This document shows, in pieces, positions 16,170-25,461 of a stretch of DNA of 32,000 nt; the first letter of the stretch is position 1, and each line of letters opens with the position of its first letter. The DNA is from Nitrososphaera viennensis EN76 (GTDB taxonomy: Archaea; Thermoproteota; Nitrososphaeria; Nitrososphaerales; Nitrososphaeraceae). The position numbers were made by a program, and so were the translations under genes. The stretch lies in assembly GCF_000698785.1 (NCBI RefSeq), contig NZ_CP007536.1, forward strand, positions 1,680,001 through 1,712,000, in the 5' to 3' direction. The notes under the pieces are model-generated. The model searched no databases and had not been told where the DNA came from. It saw only the letters and a list, made by a program, of their open reading frames with translations.

Positions 16170-17387
16170 TCATTTTCGTCTTCTTTTCCTAAGATAAACA
16201 GCAGCCACACCTATTCCTGCACCTGTCAAAGGAATCAATATAAAAGAAAGCTGGCTTGTTGAAAGCGTCTGGGTTTTTACATATTTCCCATTCTCAACAA
16301 TATAGCCGCCAGAGAATGCTGTCGGCGCTCTTGGCTCACATTTGTCTGAACATGCAATATATATCCCAAATTTGCTCCAAGTATCTTTGTCAAATGAGGC
16401 AGGATATGCATCTGCAAAGGCATATGCTATAAATGGCTTGAAGGTAAAACCTGTAGAATTGCCACTATCCGTTGCAATTGTAGCATTGCTTCCAAGTTTT
16501 TCGTAGACAGAATAATCAAAGTTTCCGGATGTGGACAGCTGGACTTTTTCTTTAGCATTCTTCAGATCTACAGAGTATAGGGTATTGCTGGGAGAGCTGA
16601 ACGATCCAGATTCGCTGACAAACATCGTATGACCATCTGCGCTCATGCCTACAAAGCTAAGGCCATGTAATTCACTATTATTGCTGCCTATTTTTTGCAG
16701 GTTGCCATTTGACAGATCAAGAGAATAGATGTCGCCGTTTGGCCCGGTATATGCAGTAAACAATAGCTTCGTCCCATTCTCGCTGACTGCGATGTTTCCT
16801 GCAATGCTCAGCATGGTTGCATTGGCGCCCATATCTGAGATCGAGACTCTTTTTAGAAGGCGGACTTGACTCCCCGCGTCGCCCGACGCTTGCAATAGTT
16901 TTATGGATGCAGCATTTTCTGCGGTTGTATTGTACTGGACGTATATTATATTCCCGTCAGGCGTCCATGTAAAAGTGCTAATATAATTGTCCTTGATGTA
17001 TTCTCTACTGTCACTGCCGTCGATATTTGCCACAAAAATTGACGTAGTGCTATCTGCTTTTGCGCTTCCAATGAACCCTATGTGCTTGCCGTCAGGGCTG
17101 TATTTCGGGTGAAACACTCCGGTGTTATCTGACGCCTTTACAAGGCGGGGATTGCTGCCGTCGATATTTATTTCCCATATCTCTGACGTACTTGGCCCGT
17201 ACGTCGAATAACTGACAAACAATATCCGATTCCCGTCAGGGCTCCAGTCCGGCTGGGAGCCAAATGTGGTGAGCTGGTACGAATCCTGCAAGCTTGGTTG
17301 TGCGAATGCCACTCCTGCCAGGCTTGATATCATGTTCAACAACAAGACAATAACAAATGTAGACATTATTCCAAGCATTCGCAACAT
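16170..17387 (-). CDS. TolB-like beta-propeller (PD40/WD40-like repeats) exoprotein with a C-terminal TM anchor
   Basis: Repeated PD40 signatures are seen (PDWSPDGNRILFVS, PKYSPDGKHIGFIG, FTWTPDGNIIYVQ). It has an N-terminal signal/TM segment and a C-terminal hydrophobic helix ending in RKRRRK. I prefer ATG 17387 to the track TTG at 17402. Confidence 0.8.
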   Translation of the reverse strand: MLRMLGIMSTFVIVLLLNMISSLAGVAFAQPSLQDSYQLTTFGSQPDWSPDGNRILFVSYSTYGPSTSEIWEINIDGSNPRLVKASDNTGVFHPKYSPDGKHIGFIGSAKADSTTSIFVANIDGSDSREYIKDNYISTFTWTPDGNIIYVQYNTTAENAASIKLLQASGDAGSQVRLLKRVSISDMGANATMLSIAGNIAVSENGTKLLFTAYTGPNGDIYSLDLSNGNLQKIGSNNSELHGLSFVGMSADGHTMFVSESGSFSSPSNTLYSVDLKNAKEKVQLSTSGNFDYSVYEKLGSNATIATDSGNSTGFTFKPFIAYAFADAYPASFDKDTWSKFGIYIACSDKCEPRAPTAFSGGYIVENGKYVKTQTLSTSQLSFILIPLTGAGIGVAAVYLRKRRRK

Positions 17388-17436
17388 CGTATATCTCTCC
17401 AATCATCAGTGAATGAGACTTATAAGGATCTACTCC

Positions 17437-18276
17437 TTACCAGTCCACTCTGCATTTCTGGATTGCGACCTTTAGTGTCCCAGTACCTGCTTGGGTGCTT
17501 GTATCAATTTCTGCTCCCACTTCAACTCCCACCCAGTCATAATCAGTCCTATTGCCTATTGCAGGTATTCCTGATGGAGGATTGTTGAACAGAGAAGAAT
17601 TGAAAGCTGCAAGCACAACAGGCTTGACATCTGTTTGCAAAAAGTATATTGTATTTGAGCTATTCATTCTTTGCAAACAGTATGCGTAATGATATGTTGT
17701 CAATCCGCTGTTATTTGCAATTATGTGGTCACCGGAATATTGACCGCCAACAGGCACATCAGTCCTCTGAACCCACGAAGACCCGGATCTTACAAGATAT
17801 CCTATTGCAAAGTCTATTACCAATGCTCGGGGTTGAGTCTTATGTTTGTACCAAAAGTTGATGAGGATATTTGCATACTGCGGACCAGACGCTCCCGGCG
17901 CGGATGATGAAAACCAACCCGCAAAGCATTCGACATTGATCGTACTAACCTCCACGCCTCCCACTTTGGGAATGACTGGAAGACCTGTGAACATTGAATT
18001 GGAATTAGATGCTGTCTTGATTATGGTGCTACCGCCTGTCGCACATACACCCCAAGGGTCACACCCTTGTATGCCAGCACACCAGCCCTGTTGCTGAGTG
18101 CCCGAATTCGAATTTCGAGTAGTCACAACAAGATTAGCAGCGTTTCCAATCCATGCCGTGCTATCATTGAATACATACTGTGGTGCTGGTGCGTTATTTT
18201 GCCACGACTTCACACCCCAGTATGTGTTGCTCGGAGTTCCTGTTGAAGGTACGGTCCTAAAATCATACTCCTTCAT
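17437..18276 (-). CDS. Orphan protein, 279 aa, Asn/Ser/Thr/Gly/Trp-rich and probably all-beta
   Basis: ATG ORF (cat at 18274-18276) in very AT-rich DNA. There is faint resemblance to jelly-roll glycosidase/lectin patterns (NTYWG, YANILINFWYK, WVGVEVGAE), but I cannot support a family call. Confidence 0.7.
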   Translation of the reverse strand: MKEYDFRTVPSTGTPSNTYWGVKSWQNNAPAPQYVFNDSTAWIGNAANLVVTTRNSNSGTQQQGWCAGIQGCDPWGVCATGGSTIIKTASNSNSMFTGLPVIPKVGGVEVSTINVECFAGWFSSSAPGASGPQYANILINFWYKHKTQPRALVIDFAIGYLVRSGSSWVQRTDVPVGGQYSGDHIIANNSGLTTYHYAYCLQRMNSSNTIYFLQTDVKPVVLAAFNSSLFNNPPSGIPAIGNRTDYDWVGVEVGAEIDTSTQAGTGTLKVAIQKCRVDW

Positions 18277-18570
18277 AAGGTCGGTCGTGATATGCTACCT
18301 CCATATACCCAATTTAGGATACTATTTGGCATTATTCTCTTAATAAGAGAACTTACTATATAATAGTTCTGTAACATAGTTCTGGCACGCTAATCTCGTA
18401 GAATTATCTTACGATTACAATGGGAAATCAATTTCAAGAGATAGAATCCGACTTAATGATACTTCTTGTCACCCCAAGATTCAGCTGGTAGAGATCAAGA
18501 ACTGGTATAAAGTGTTGGAAGGAATAGAAAATAAGTGGCAGTTTATAGATGCACAAAGGCAGAAGCTATA

Positions 18571-18768
18571 TTACTTTACTATTCCGCTGGTTGCGTTCTG
18601 GACAGCATCCTTGGCGAAATTCTTGCCTTCTTCTGTCGCGTTTTTAATGACAGGATTGCTGCCAAGCTTTTCTGCCCCGGATATCAGGCCTGAAAAGAAT
18701 GCCTCAACGCCTATTCCTATTATCAACACGACAACCACGGCAACGATGACCCACGTCAGTAGACCCAT
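18571..18768 (-). CDS. Small membrane protein, 65 aa
   Basis: One clear TM helix (LLTWVIVAVVVVLIIGIGV) plus a polar tail, with an ATG start. A TATA-like cttttatag lies about 25-35 nt upstream. I prefer it to the overlapping + ORF 18512..18811. Confidence 0.5.
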   Translation of the reverse strand: MGLLTWVIVAVVVVLIIGIGVEAFFSGLISGAEKLGSNPVIKNATEEGKNFAKDAVQNATSGIVK

Positions 18769-18999
18769 GGTATATAGAAAAATATTCTTCTATAAAAGAG
18801 AATATTCATAATATCGGTACAGCAGATCAGGTTAGATTATTAGCTACTTGCGCGCTATATATTTTGGGGTCTAGCGTCTGAGTGTATTTCCTGTTAGACT
18901 TGACATCCAGGCGCAAGACCTCTTCTTGTATATATTTGGCGTGCGTGACTTGGCAACCTTGGCTGTCCTGAGGAGATTATAGATCGGCGGTTTTGCTTG

Positions 19000-19845
19000 T
19001 CATTTTTTTCCAGCCCTGTCTTTTATTATCACGTACTGGCCTGACATGAGATTTGCGTTTGCAAGCACTATTTCCTTGTTCGCATCATCATCGCTTGCCA
19101 GGATAAAGAACTTTGGAGTGATCCTGGACACAGTCCCAGTATATCTATCAGCAGTAGAGGCGATTACCTGTATATGCTCTCCCTCGATGATGGGCAGCAG
19201 GTGCTTCAGCGGCCTCTCCTTGACTATCCTGACAGACCCCTGCACTATGGCGTTGTTTGGAATATAGTATTCCATGCCCTCGTCCGTGATGATCTTGGTA
19301 TACATCAGGCGCACGTCGTTGATTACCCCGTGGATGTTGTCCCCCACCATAAAGACGTGGTCGCTCACCCTTGCCGGAAAAGCAGTCAGCACCAGCCCGC
19401 CTGCCAGGATGTTGCCCATTATCGCAGACAGAGCAATGCCCGTTATGACTGCGGTTAGCCCGCCGCTTACCAGTATGACCTGCGGGTTTATGCCCCACTG
19501 GTGCATCAGTACTACCGCCGCGATCAAGGAAATGATTATGATGACAAAGAACGAGAGGATGGTGGAAAAATGCGGGTTGATTCTTGCGATGTTCCTGTGC
19601 ACAATCCGCCTGACTGCATAAATCAGGACAAACGATATGGCTGCGGTGATGGCGCTCCCCGTAAGCTGCATGTGGAATTGCCCTATCCCAAGGTCGGGCG
19701 CAAGAAGCTGCTCAAAAAGGTAGAGACCCAGCCATGTCGCCCCTGTTATCAAGAGCGTTATCAGCACAAGGCGGGTTACCTGCCGTACAGCGCTGGCAGA
19801 GGAGCTTACCTGCCTGACAGCATCCTGACTTGAAACCACCATATA
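19000..19845 (-). CDS. Mechanosensitive ion channel, MscS family
   Basis: TM helices are followed by the MscS core GNILAGGLVLTAFPARVSDHVFMVGDNIHGVINDVRLMYTKIITDEGMEYYIPNNAIVQGSV. I prefer ATG 19845 to the track TTG at 19893. Confidence 0.85.
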   Translation of the reverse strand, partial: YMVVSSQDAVRQVSSSASAVRQVTRLVLITLLITGATWLGLYLFEQLLAPDLGIGQFHMQLTGSAITAAISFVLIYAVRRIVHRNIARINPHFSTILSFFVIIIISLIAAVVLMHQWGINPQVILVSGGLTAVITGIALSAIMGNILAGGLVLTAFPARVSDHVFMVGDNIHGVINDVRLMYTKIITDEGMEYYIPNNAIVQGSVRIVKERPLKHLLPIIEGEHIQVIASTADRYTGTVSRITPKFFILASDDDANKEIVLANANLMSGQYVIIKDRAGKK

Positions 19846-19987
19846 TGTACATCTCTGGAAGACTATTGCAAGTAATAAACAGCCATCATGCAAGGTTCTC
19901 TAAGAATTTTCAGTTGTTGAAAGTAGTAAGGCAAATGAGCAACCAACTTAAGAAACGATCTCACATTTGTGAGATGTTATAGGATGT

Positions 19988-20782
19988 ATGGGATCGCTTC
20001 AAAGAGGAGTTGAAGGTAGTAATAATAATGCCACCGCTATTGCCCTGCTGGTTGACTATTGCCAACGGAGGATAAGGGAATCTCTTGAAGGCGGATTCGA
20101 GTATCACCACATGGCGATCTCCCGCTCTAATGCATTTCTGAGAAAACATGATTCCCAGCAGCTTCCCCTGTACGTGATGTTTGTCGACATTGTGGGCTCG
20201 ACAAAACTGAGCTCCGAACTGAGCCCTGACTTGCTGTCAAAGCTTGTTACAATATATTTGCAGGAAGTGGCATACGTCATTGAGCATTACGGCGGCTATG
20301 TACTAAAGTACGTTGGAGATGCAGTGCTCGGATATTTCCCGCCCGAAGAGAAGAAGAATAGGGAGGAAGAGGAGGACGGCATAGATGGGAATGCAGCCTC
20401 GGCAAATAATATTGTAAACTGTGCAAGATCAGTGGTGCAGGTAGTAAAGGACGGCATGAACCCTGTGCTAGAACAAGAATCCCTGCCAAGAATAAGCGTC
20501 AAGGCAACTGCGGACTATGGAAACAACACCATAGTCAGGTACGGCTCTGACAGGCGCAGGTCTCATATCGATATCATCAGCCTCACCATGAACTTGACTG
20601 CAAAGATGCAGAACCTCACAAGGCCAAACCACATCACGATAGGAAACGAGTTTCATTCACGTCTTGGCCCGGAAATGCAAGCGAACTTTAGCGAAGTGAG
20701 CATCGGCCGTACAAAATGGAAATATCATTCACTTGGTGCAAGCCGGCCGTACAAGATCTTTGAAGATAAATACAGATCCTGA
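19988..20782 (+). CDS. Stand-alone class III nucleotidyl cyclase homology domain protein, 264 aa
   Basis: Motifs seen are YVMFVDIVGSTKL (metal-binding Asp), KYVGDAVLGYF (second Asp), and IDIISLTMNLTAKMQ (Asn present, the usual Arg replaced by Lys). Confidence 0.8.
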   Translation: MGSLQRGVEGSNNNATAIALLVDYCQRRIRESLEGGFEYHHMAISRSNAFLRKHDSQQLPLYVMFVDIVGSTKLSSELSPDLLSKLVTIYLQEVAYVIEHYGGYVLKYVGDAVLGYFPPEEKKNREEEEDGIDGNAASANNIVNCARSVVQVVKDGMNPVLEQESLPRISVKATADYGNNTIVRYGSDRRRSHIDIISLTMNLTAKMQNLTRPNHITIGNEFHSRLGPEMQANFSEVSIGRTKWKYHSLGASRPYKIFEDKYRS

Positions 20783-20881
20783 ATACACATACACAGAGAG
20801 AGAGCAGGCGAACCAGAATCTTCACATGCAGGCGATGATGATATAAAAATAGGCGAGGCGCAACAACAACATTAGGAAACT

Positions 20882-21154
20882 ATGGACGCAACAAGGTGCC
20901 TGCGGTGCGACGCCGACCTTTCTGCAAGCACTTTCTTTTACACCATCGCGCGGAACAGCTACGTGTTTGGCTTTTTCTGCTCCCGCGACTGCGCTCAGGA
21001 AAGCGAGCACAACAAGTACCTGAAAGCGACGGTGCTGCGCATTGCCCATCCTCCTGCCACGCACAAGGACCTGGTGCTCACACCGGACATAAGGACCCTC
21101 AAGCAATACGCAGAAGAGCTGGAGAGGCGCAAGATAAGGGAAAAGTACTTTTAA
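20882..21154 (+). CDS. FCS/TRASH-type zinc-finger protein, 90 aa
   Basis: CLRC-x23-CSRDC with an FFCSxxC core has the same Cys spacing as the 46-aa ORF at 3196. The C-terminal half is charged and helical. Confidence 0.6.
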   Translation: MDATRCLRCDADLSASTFFYTIARNSYVFGFFCSRDCAQESEHNKYLKATVLRIAHPPATHKDLVLTPDIRTLKQYAEELERRKIREKYF

Positions 21155-21251
21155 TTTAAAAATGGGAAAAGATCGGTGTCAGAGAGATTCCAAGGAGGAG
21201 CCACTGCCAGGCAGACAGAGAGAAAGAAAGGAAATGCAGAGAAAATTTTCC

Positions 21252-21461
21252 TCACGTCAAGCGTGAGGCGATGAGCCCGGTGCCGGCAGACACCAGCCCG
21301 CCCACGATCACGACCCACCCGACTATCACCCAGTTCACGTCGGGCAACTGGATTTGCGGCCACTGGATGCTTGGGAACTGTACGTCGGTCACGCTCAGCA
21401 CGTAGACGCCCATTGCCATGAGCACGATCCCGCCAACTATCAGCGACATGATCTTGAACAT
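21252..21461 (-). CDS. Small two-TM membrane protein, 69 aa
   Basis: ATG start (cat at 21459-21461) with two hydrophobic helices (SLIVGGIVLMAMGVYVL and WVIVGWVVIVGGLVSAGTGLI). Confidence 0.55.
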   Translation of the reverse strand: MFKIMSLIVGGIVLMAMGVYVLSVTDVQFPSIQWPQIQLPDVNWVIVGWVVIVGGLVSAGTGLIASRLT

Positions 21462-21762
21462 TCTTTTGTCGTCATAAACTGACAGGCTAGTTGCCTTAAA
21501 GAAATCCTAGCTTGGAATGCTTGATCAAAAACCGAGCTTGCGTTGATGACATCTGCTTCTAGCTAAAAGATCTATATTCGCACTTTTTGTCGGGTAGGTT
21601 TGCTGGCCGCGTTTTGCCTGTCCGTCTCTTTCTATGCAGCCCGGCGGCATGAACCGTGGCCGCAACAGTAGCAGTATGCCTTATTTGTCCAAACGTGCAA
21701 AGATAACGTGAGGTAGCACGGTCACGGCTCAATTCCAGAGAGATACCGGTCTCACAGCTAGG

Positions 21763-22632
21763 ATGATCCTGAGCTTTGCGGTTCTAGCAGTGCTCTACCT
21801 GGTGTTTCTGGGCGTCCTGGTATACCTCGGGGTCGGCTACATCCCCATCGCAATAATCGGAGGGCTGATGGTTCTTGCGCAGTGGTACTTTTCTGACAAA
21901 ATAGTCTTGTGGAGCTCTGGCGCAAAGGTCGTTACAAAGGACCAGTATCCAAAGCTGCACGCAATCGTGGAAAGGCTTGCCGCAGAGAACGGCCTTCCGA
22001 TGCCCAAGATCGCAGTCATGAACACGCAGATTCCAAACGCCTTTGCAACGGGCAAGAGCCCAAAAAGCGCCGTGGTGGCGGCGACTGCAGGCCTCATGAA
22101 CACGCTCGACGATGACGAGCTTGAGGGCGTGCTTGCACACGAGCTTGCGCACGTAAAAAACAGGGACGTGCTTGTCATCACGCTTGCAAGCCTCTTCTCC
22201 ATAGTCGCGTTCTCCCTTATGCGGTTCGGGCTTTTCAGCAGCATGTTCGGCGGTTACGGTTATGGATACTACGGCGGCGGCAGGAACAACAACGGCGCAG
22301 GCGCGATAGTGATAATAATTGCAGTTGCCGCGATAACGTGGTTTGTGAGCTTTTTGATCATACGGGCAATATCGCGGTACAGGGAGTTTGCCGCAGACAG
22401 GGGATCGGCGCAGATGACACGCAAGCCGGAAAAGCTCGCAAACGCGCTTTTAAAGATAAGCGGCAAGATAAAGGCCGCCCCCCAGAGGGAGCTCGAACAG
22501 GCTGCAAGCCTCAACACATTTTTCATCATGCCCGCCCTGTCAAGGGGCTCGCTCTCGAACCTCTTTTCTACTCATCCGCCCGTTGAAGAGCGGGTAAGAA
22601 GGCTGATGGAAATGCAGTCCCTGCTAAAGTAA
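21763..22632 (+). CDS. htpX: HtpX-type membrane zinc metalloprotease (peptidase M48)
   Basis: HELAHVKNRD (HExxH) follows two N-terminal TM helices, then a Gly/Tyr-rich loop and two further TM helices. An in-frame stop at 21709-21711 limits upstream extension. Confidence 0.9.
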   Translation: MILSFAVLAVLYLVFLGVLVYLGVGYIPIAIIGGLMVLAQWYFSDKIVLWSSGAKVVTKDQYPKLHAIVERLAAENGLPMPKIAVMNTQIPNAFATGKSPKSAVVAATAGLMNTLDDDELEGVLAHELAHVKNRDVLVITLASLFSIVAFSLMRFGLFSSMFGGYGYGYYGGGRNNNGAGAIVIIIAVAAITWFVSFLIIRAISRYREFAADRGSAQMTRKPEKLANALLKISGKIKAAPQRELEQAASLNTFFIMPALSRGSLSNLFSTHPPVEERVRRLMEMQSLLK

Positions 22633-22782
22633 CTTTTGGCTGTTCATGTGAATAATACACGCCATTATCACGATGGTTTCAGAGGCAAAAACCCAACTTT
22701 GCAATTAAATTTAATAATATGTGTCAGCTATAGATTCTCTGCCCAATAACTATAATAACTTCTGTACCGTAATTCTAGTGCC

Positions 22783-23142
22783 ATGTTAAAGGAAGTTTCA
22801 TCAGTATTTTCCCATAGAAGGAGTCTTATAAAGCCACGGAGCATGCATGCAATAGTCGCAGAAATCCTCCACGTTTGCGAGCAGAAAACCAAGAGGACGC
22901 ACGTCATATACAAGGCCAACCTGTCCCACTCTATGCTGCAGGGTTATGTAGAGCTGGCCTGGCAGAGCGGGCTTTTGGAAGAGCTGCCAGACAGGTCCCT
23001 GCTGATAACCGAAAAGGGAAGGGCATATCTGGCGCACTTTACAACCGCGGAAAAGATGCTAAAGCTGCCATCCAACAGCGCCGCCCCTGAAGAACAGCAG
23101 CAGAGTTCAGAAACAACACAGGTAGTCGGCGCCTACACATAG
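22783..23142 (+). CDS. Archaeal winged-helix DNA-binding protein (HTH_45-like), 119 aa
   Basis: AIVAEILHVCEQKTKRTHVIYKANLSHSMLQGYVELAWQSGLLEE...ITEKGRAYL matches the small archaeal wHTH pattern as I recall it. Confidence 0.7.
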   Translation: MLKEVSSVFSHRRSLIKPRSMHAIVAEILHVCEQKTKRTHVIYKANLSHSMLQGYVELAWQSGLLEELPDRSLLITEKGRAYLAHFTTAEKMLKLPSNSAAPEEQQQSSETTQVVGAYT

Positions 23143-23184
23143 ATGAGCAGAAACACCATCCAACAGCGCAAAAGTTCGCAACTC

Positions 23185-23194
23185 TTTAATTATT
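23185..23194 (+). promoter_or_regulatory. Putative TATA box for the DPS-like ferritin gene
   Basis: tttaattatt is centred about 24 nt upstream of ATG 23214, which fits a leaderless or near-leaderless transcript. Confidence 0.4.
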
Positions 23195-23213
23195 TTTGGT
23201 ACTATTGTTCTCA

Positions 23214-23819
23214 ATGTCTGAGGCAGATTATGCGAAAACGACAAAGCCAGTGCCAAACATCGTCGCGCTTGAAGTCCTGAAGAAAAACGGCGTCAACGTC
23301 GACAAGCTGAAGGACCTGATCCGGAAGGGAGTCGGTGCAGAGTTCACGACGTACTATTACTACACGATCCTGAGGATGCACTGCACCGGCCTTGAAGGCG
23401 AAGGCATAAAGGAAATAGTCGAGGACGCAAGGATAGAAGACAGGAACCACTTTGAGGCGATGGTCCCGAGGCTGTACGAGCTTGGCGGCTCGCTTCCAAG
23501 GGACATCAGAAAGTTTGCAGACCAGGCAGGCTGTCCCGATGCTTTCCTTCCCGACAACTGGGAGGACATCAATTCCATACTGAAGGTGCTGCTGGAGGCC
23601 GAGCAATGCGCCATAAGGTCGTGGGGAGAGGTCTGCGACATGACCGCAGGCAAGGACCCAAGGACGTACGACATTGCGCAGAGGATAATGCAGGAAGAAG
23701 TCGAGCACGAGGCGTGGTTCATAGAGCTCCTCTCAAAGAGGCCGTCGGGACATTTCAGGAGAAAGTTCGCAGGGCAGTCTCCGCACACAGGAGCGCAAGG
23801 AAGCCTGATACACCTCTAA
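23214..23819 (+). CDS. Ferritin-like di-iron protein of the DPS-like (DPSL) type, 201 aa
   Basis: Four-helix-bundle ligand pattern E / ExxH / E / ExxH is present ([31 protein letters not shown]), along with the Cys residues noted for DPSL proteins. I prefer ATG 23214 to the track TTG at 23196. Confidence 0.8.
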   Translation: MSEADYAKTTKPVPNIVALEVLKKNGVNVDKLKDLIRKGVGAEFTTYYYYTILRMHCTGLEGEGIKEIVEDARIEDRNHFEAMVPRLYELGGSLPRDIRKFADQAGCPDAFLPDNWEDINSILKVLLEAEQCAIRSWGEVCDMTAGKDPRTYDIAQRIMQEEVEHEAWFIELLSKRPSGHFRRKFAGQSPHTGAQGSLIHL

Positions 23820-23858
23820 GGTTAATACGGCCGCTTTGCGTTCTCCTTTTTTGTTACG

Positions 23859-24215
23859 ATGCTTCACAGGGTATGCGCAAGCGGCGAAATTCCTGACGAC
23901 TGCTGGAAGGTTTTTGCTATTAACAGCATCGAAGTGCTGGTGGGAAAAAGGCGCGGCAGGCTGTTTGCCTGCAACAATTCCTGCCCGCACAGGGGCGCGT
24001 CGCTTGCAAAAGGCGACTTTAACGGCGACAACATCGTCTGCCACATGCACGGCTACGAGTACAACGTGTTCACTGGCAGGCTGGAGAACATGAAGTCATG
24101 GAAGAAGGAGGCCACCTGGGTCGAGCAGTCGCCCGAGTGGAGAAAGTCAGGCGACCTCGTGCTGTATCGCGTGGTTGAAAAAGACGGCGCGGTTTATGTG
24201 GACCTGCCGCAGTAG
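23859..24215 (+). CDS. Small Rieske-type [2Fe-2S] ferredoxin, 118 aa
   Basis: CPHRGASL...CHMHGYEY gives CxH...CxxH. It starts 39 nt after the DPSL stop on the same strand. Confidence 0.85.
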   Translation: MLHRVCASGEIPDDCWKVFAINSIEVLVGKRRGRLFACNNSCPHRGASLAKGDFNGDNIVCHMHGYEYNVFTGRLENMKSWKKEATWVEQSPEWRKSGDLVLYRVVEKDGAVYVDLPQ

Positions 24216-24222
24216 CAGAGAG

Positions 24223-24474
24223 CTACCAGTACGCGCTCTCGCCCGTGTCCGGCTGCTTTTCAATTGACAAATAGTCCCTGACGCCTTCCAGCCCCTTGAA
24301 TATCCCCTCTGGGGCGAAAACCGACGGGGCGCGGGTGGTTGGAAGCTCGCCGCAGCAGCTCTCCTCGAATTTCTTGATGTGGTATTCAACGTAGGCTTGG
24401 CCGGATTCCCGGAACAGCCTGATTGCTTCAAGCGATTCCTTTGCGTCATCTATCAGCAGCACCGGCTTGCGCAT
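24223..24474 (-). CDS. Glutaredoxin-fold-like small protein lacking the CxxC motif, 83 aa
   Basis: The order beta-alpha-beta (VLLIDDAKESLEAIRLFRESGQAYVEYHI) ... TRAPSVFAPEGIFKGLEGVRDYL resembles Grx/NrdH topology. The position of the active-site CxxC reads DDAK, and a CC pair occurs later. Confidence 0.6.
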   Translation of the reverse strand: MRKPVLLIDDAKESLEAIRLFRESGQAYVEYHIKKFEESCCGELPTTRAPSVFAPEGIFKGLEGVRDYLSIEKQPDTGESAYW

Positions 24475-24572
24475 ATGCCTCTTCCTCTATCTCTATCTAT
24501 ATGGCATGGCTGCAAGAAAATAAATAATTTCTGCTGCTGCAAGCAAGCTCTTGCGGTTCTGCAGAAAAAAGG

Positions 24573-25400
24573 TCACAGTCTTGGCGGCGCGGCAGGCATT
24601 GCGCGCTTGTGTGCGCTCTTTACAACCATCGCCTGCACCCTTTTTACCGTGTCGATTGGCACGCCAAGCGCTGCAGCTGCTTCCTTTGCAGTTTTTTTCC
24701 TGTCCACCAGCATGTACAGGATGGGATCAATTGTTTCATAGCTCATCCCTATCTCGTCTTCCGCAGTGTGGTCTGCCCAGAGCCTCGGGCTGCTCTTTTT
24801 TTGCAGTATTGCGCCGGGCACCTTCAGGTACCTCCCAAGCTCCCTGACCTGCGTCTTGTACAGGCCGGCTATCGGGATCATGTCTGCCCCGCCGTCGCCA
24901 AATTTCGTGAAATAGCCGATGCTGATCTCGCTCTTGTCGCTTGTCCCCGCAACCAGCCTCCTGCCCACGTACGCGTGGTAGTAGAGCACGGACATGCGCA
25001 CCCTTGCAGTCAGGTTGCCCCGCGCGACCTTGTTGTCAATATCTGGCAGAACCTGCATGCACCTTTCGACTATTGGCTCTATGTTGATGGTCTGGTGCTC
25101 GATGCCAAGTTCTCGGGCATGCGCCGCCGCGTCCTCCACGTCCTCGTTCGGGGTCGACGCGCCGGGAAGGATTAGGCCGAGCACCCTCCCGCTTCCGCCA
25201 AGCGCCCTTGCGCACAGCGCCGCCACCACGGCAGAGTCCAGGCCGCCAGAGAGGCCCACCACGACTCCCCCTTCTGCCCGCGCGGCCTTGACATAGCCGG
25301 CGATAAACTTCTCGATGCTTTTTGCAGTCTTTGCACGGTCAAAACCGCCGCCTGTCAGCCTGGCAAGCACGCGGGACTCGGGGCTGGAAGAATAATTCAA
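24573..25400 (-). CDS. nadE: NH3-dependent NAD+ synthetase
   Basis: The PP-loop GLSGGLDSAVVAAL is present and the overall NadE layout fits. The start appears to be TTG at 25400, because a TAG lies 4 codons upstream and there is no N-terminal ATG. Confidence 0.92.
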   Translation of the reverse strand: MNYSSSPESRVLARLTGGGFDRAKTAKSIEKFIAGYVKAARAEGGVVVGLSGGLDSAVVAALCARALGGSGRVLGLILPGASTPNEDVEDAAAHARELGIEHQTINIEPIVERCMQVLPDIDNKVARGNLTARVRMSVLYYHAYVGRRLVAGTSDKSEISIGYFTKFGDGGADMIPIAGLYKTQVRELGRYLKVPGAILQKKSSPRLWADHTAEDEIGMSYETIDPILYMLVDRKKTAKEAAAALGVPIDTVKRVQAMVVKSAHKRAMPAAPPRL

Positions 25401-25461
25401 CGAGACCAGCTACGAGCTTTCTCGTATTAATGTCTGTGTGTCTGTACGCGCTCGCGCGCTC

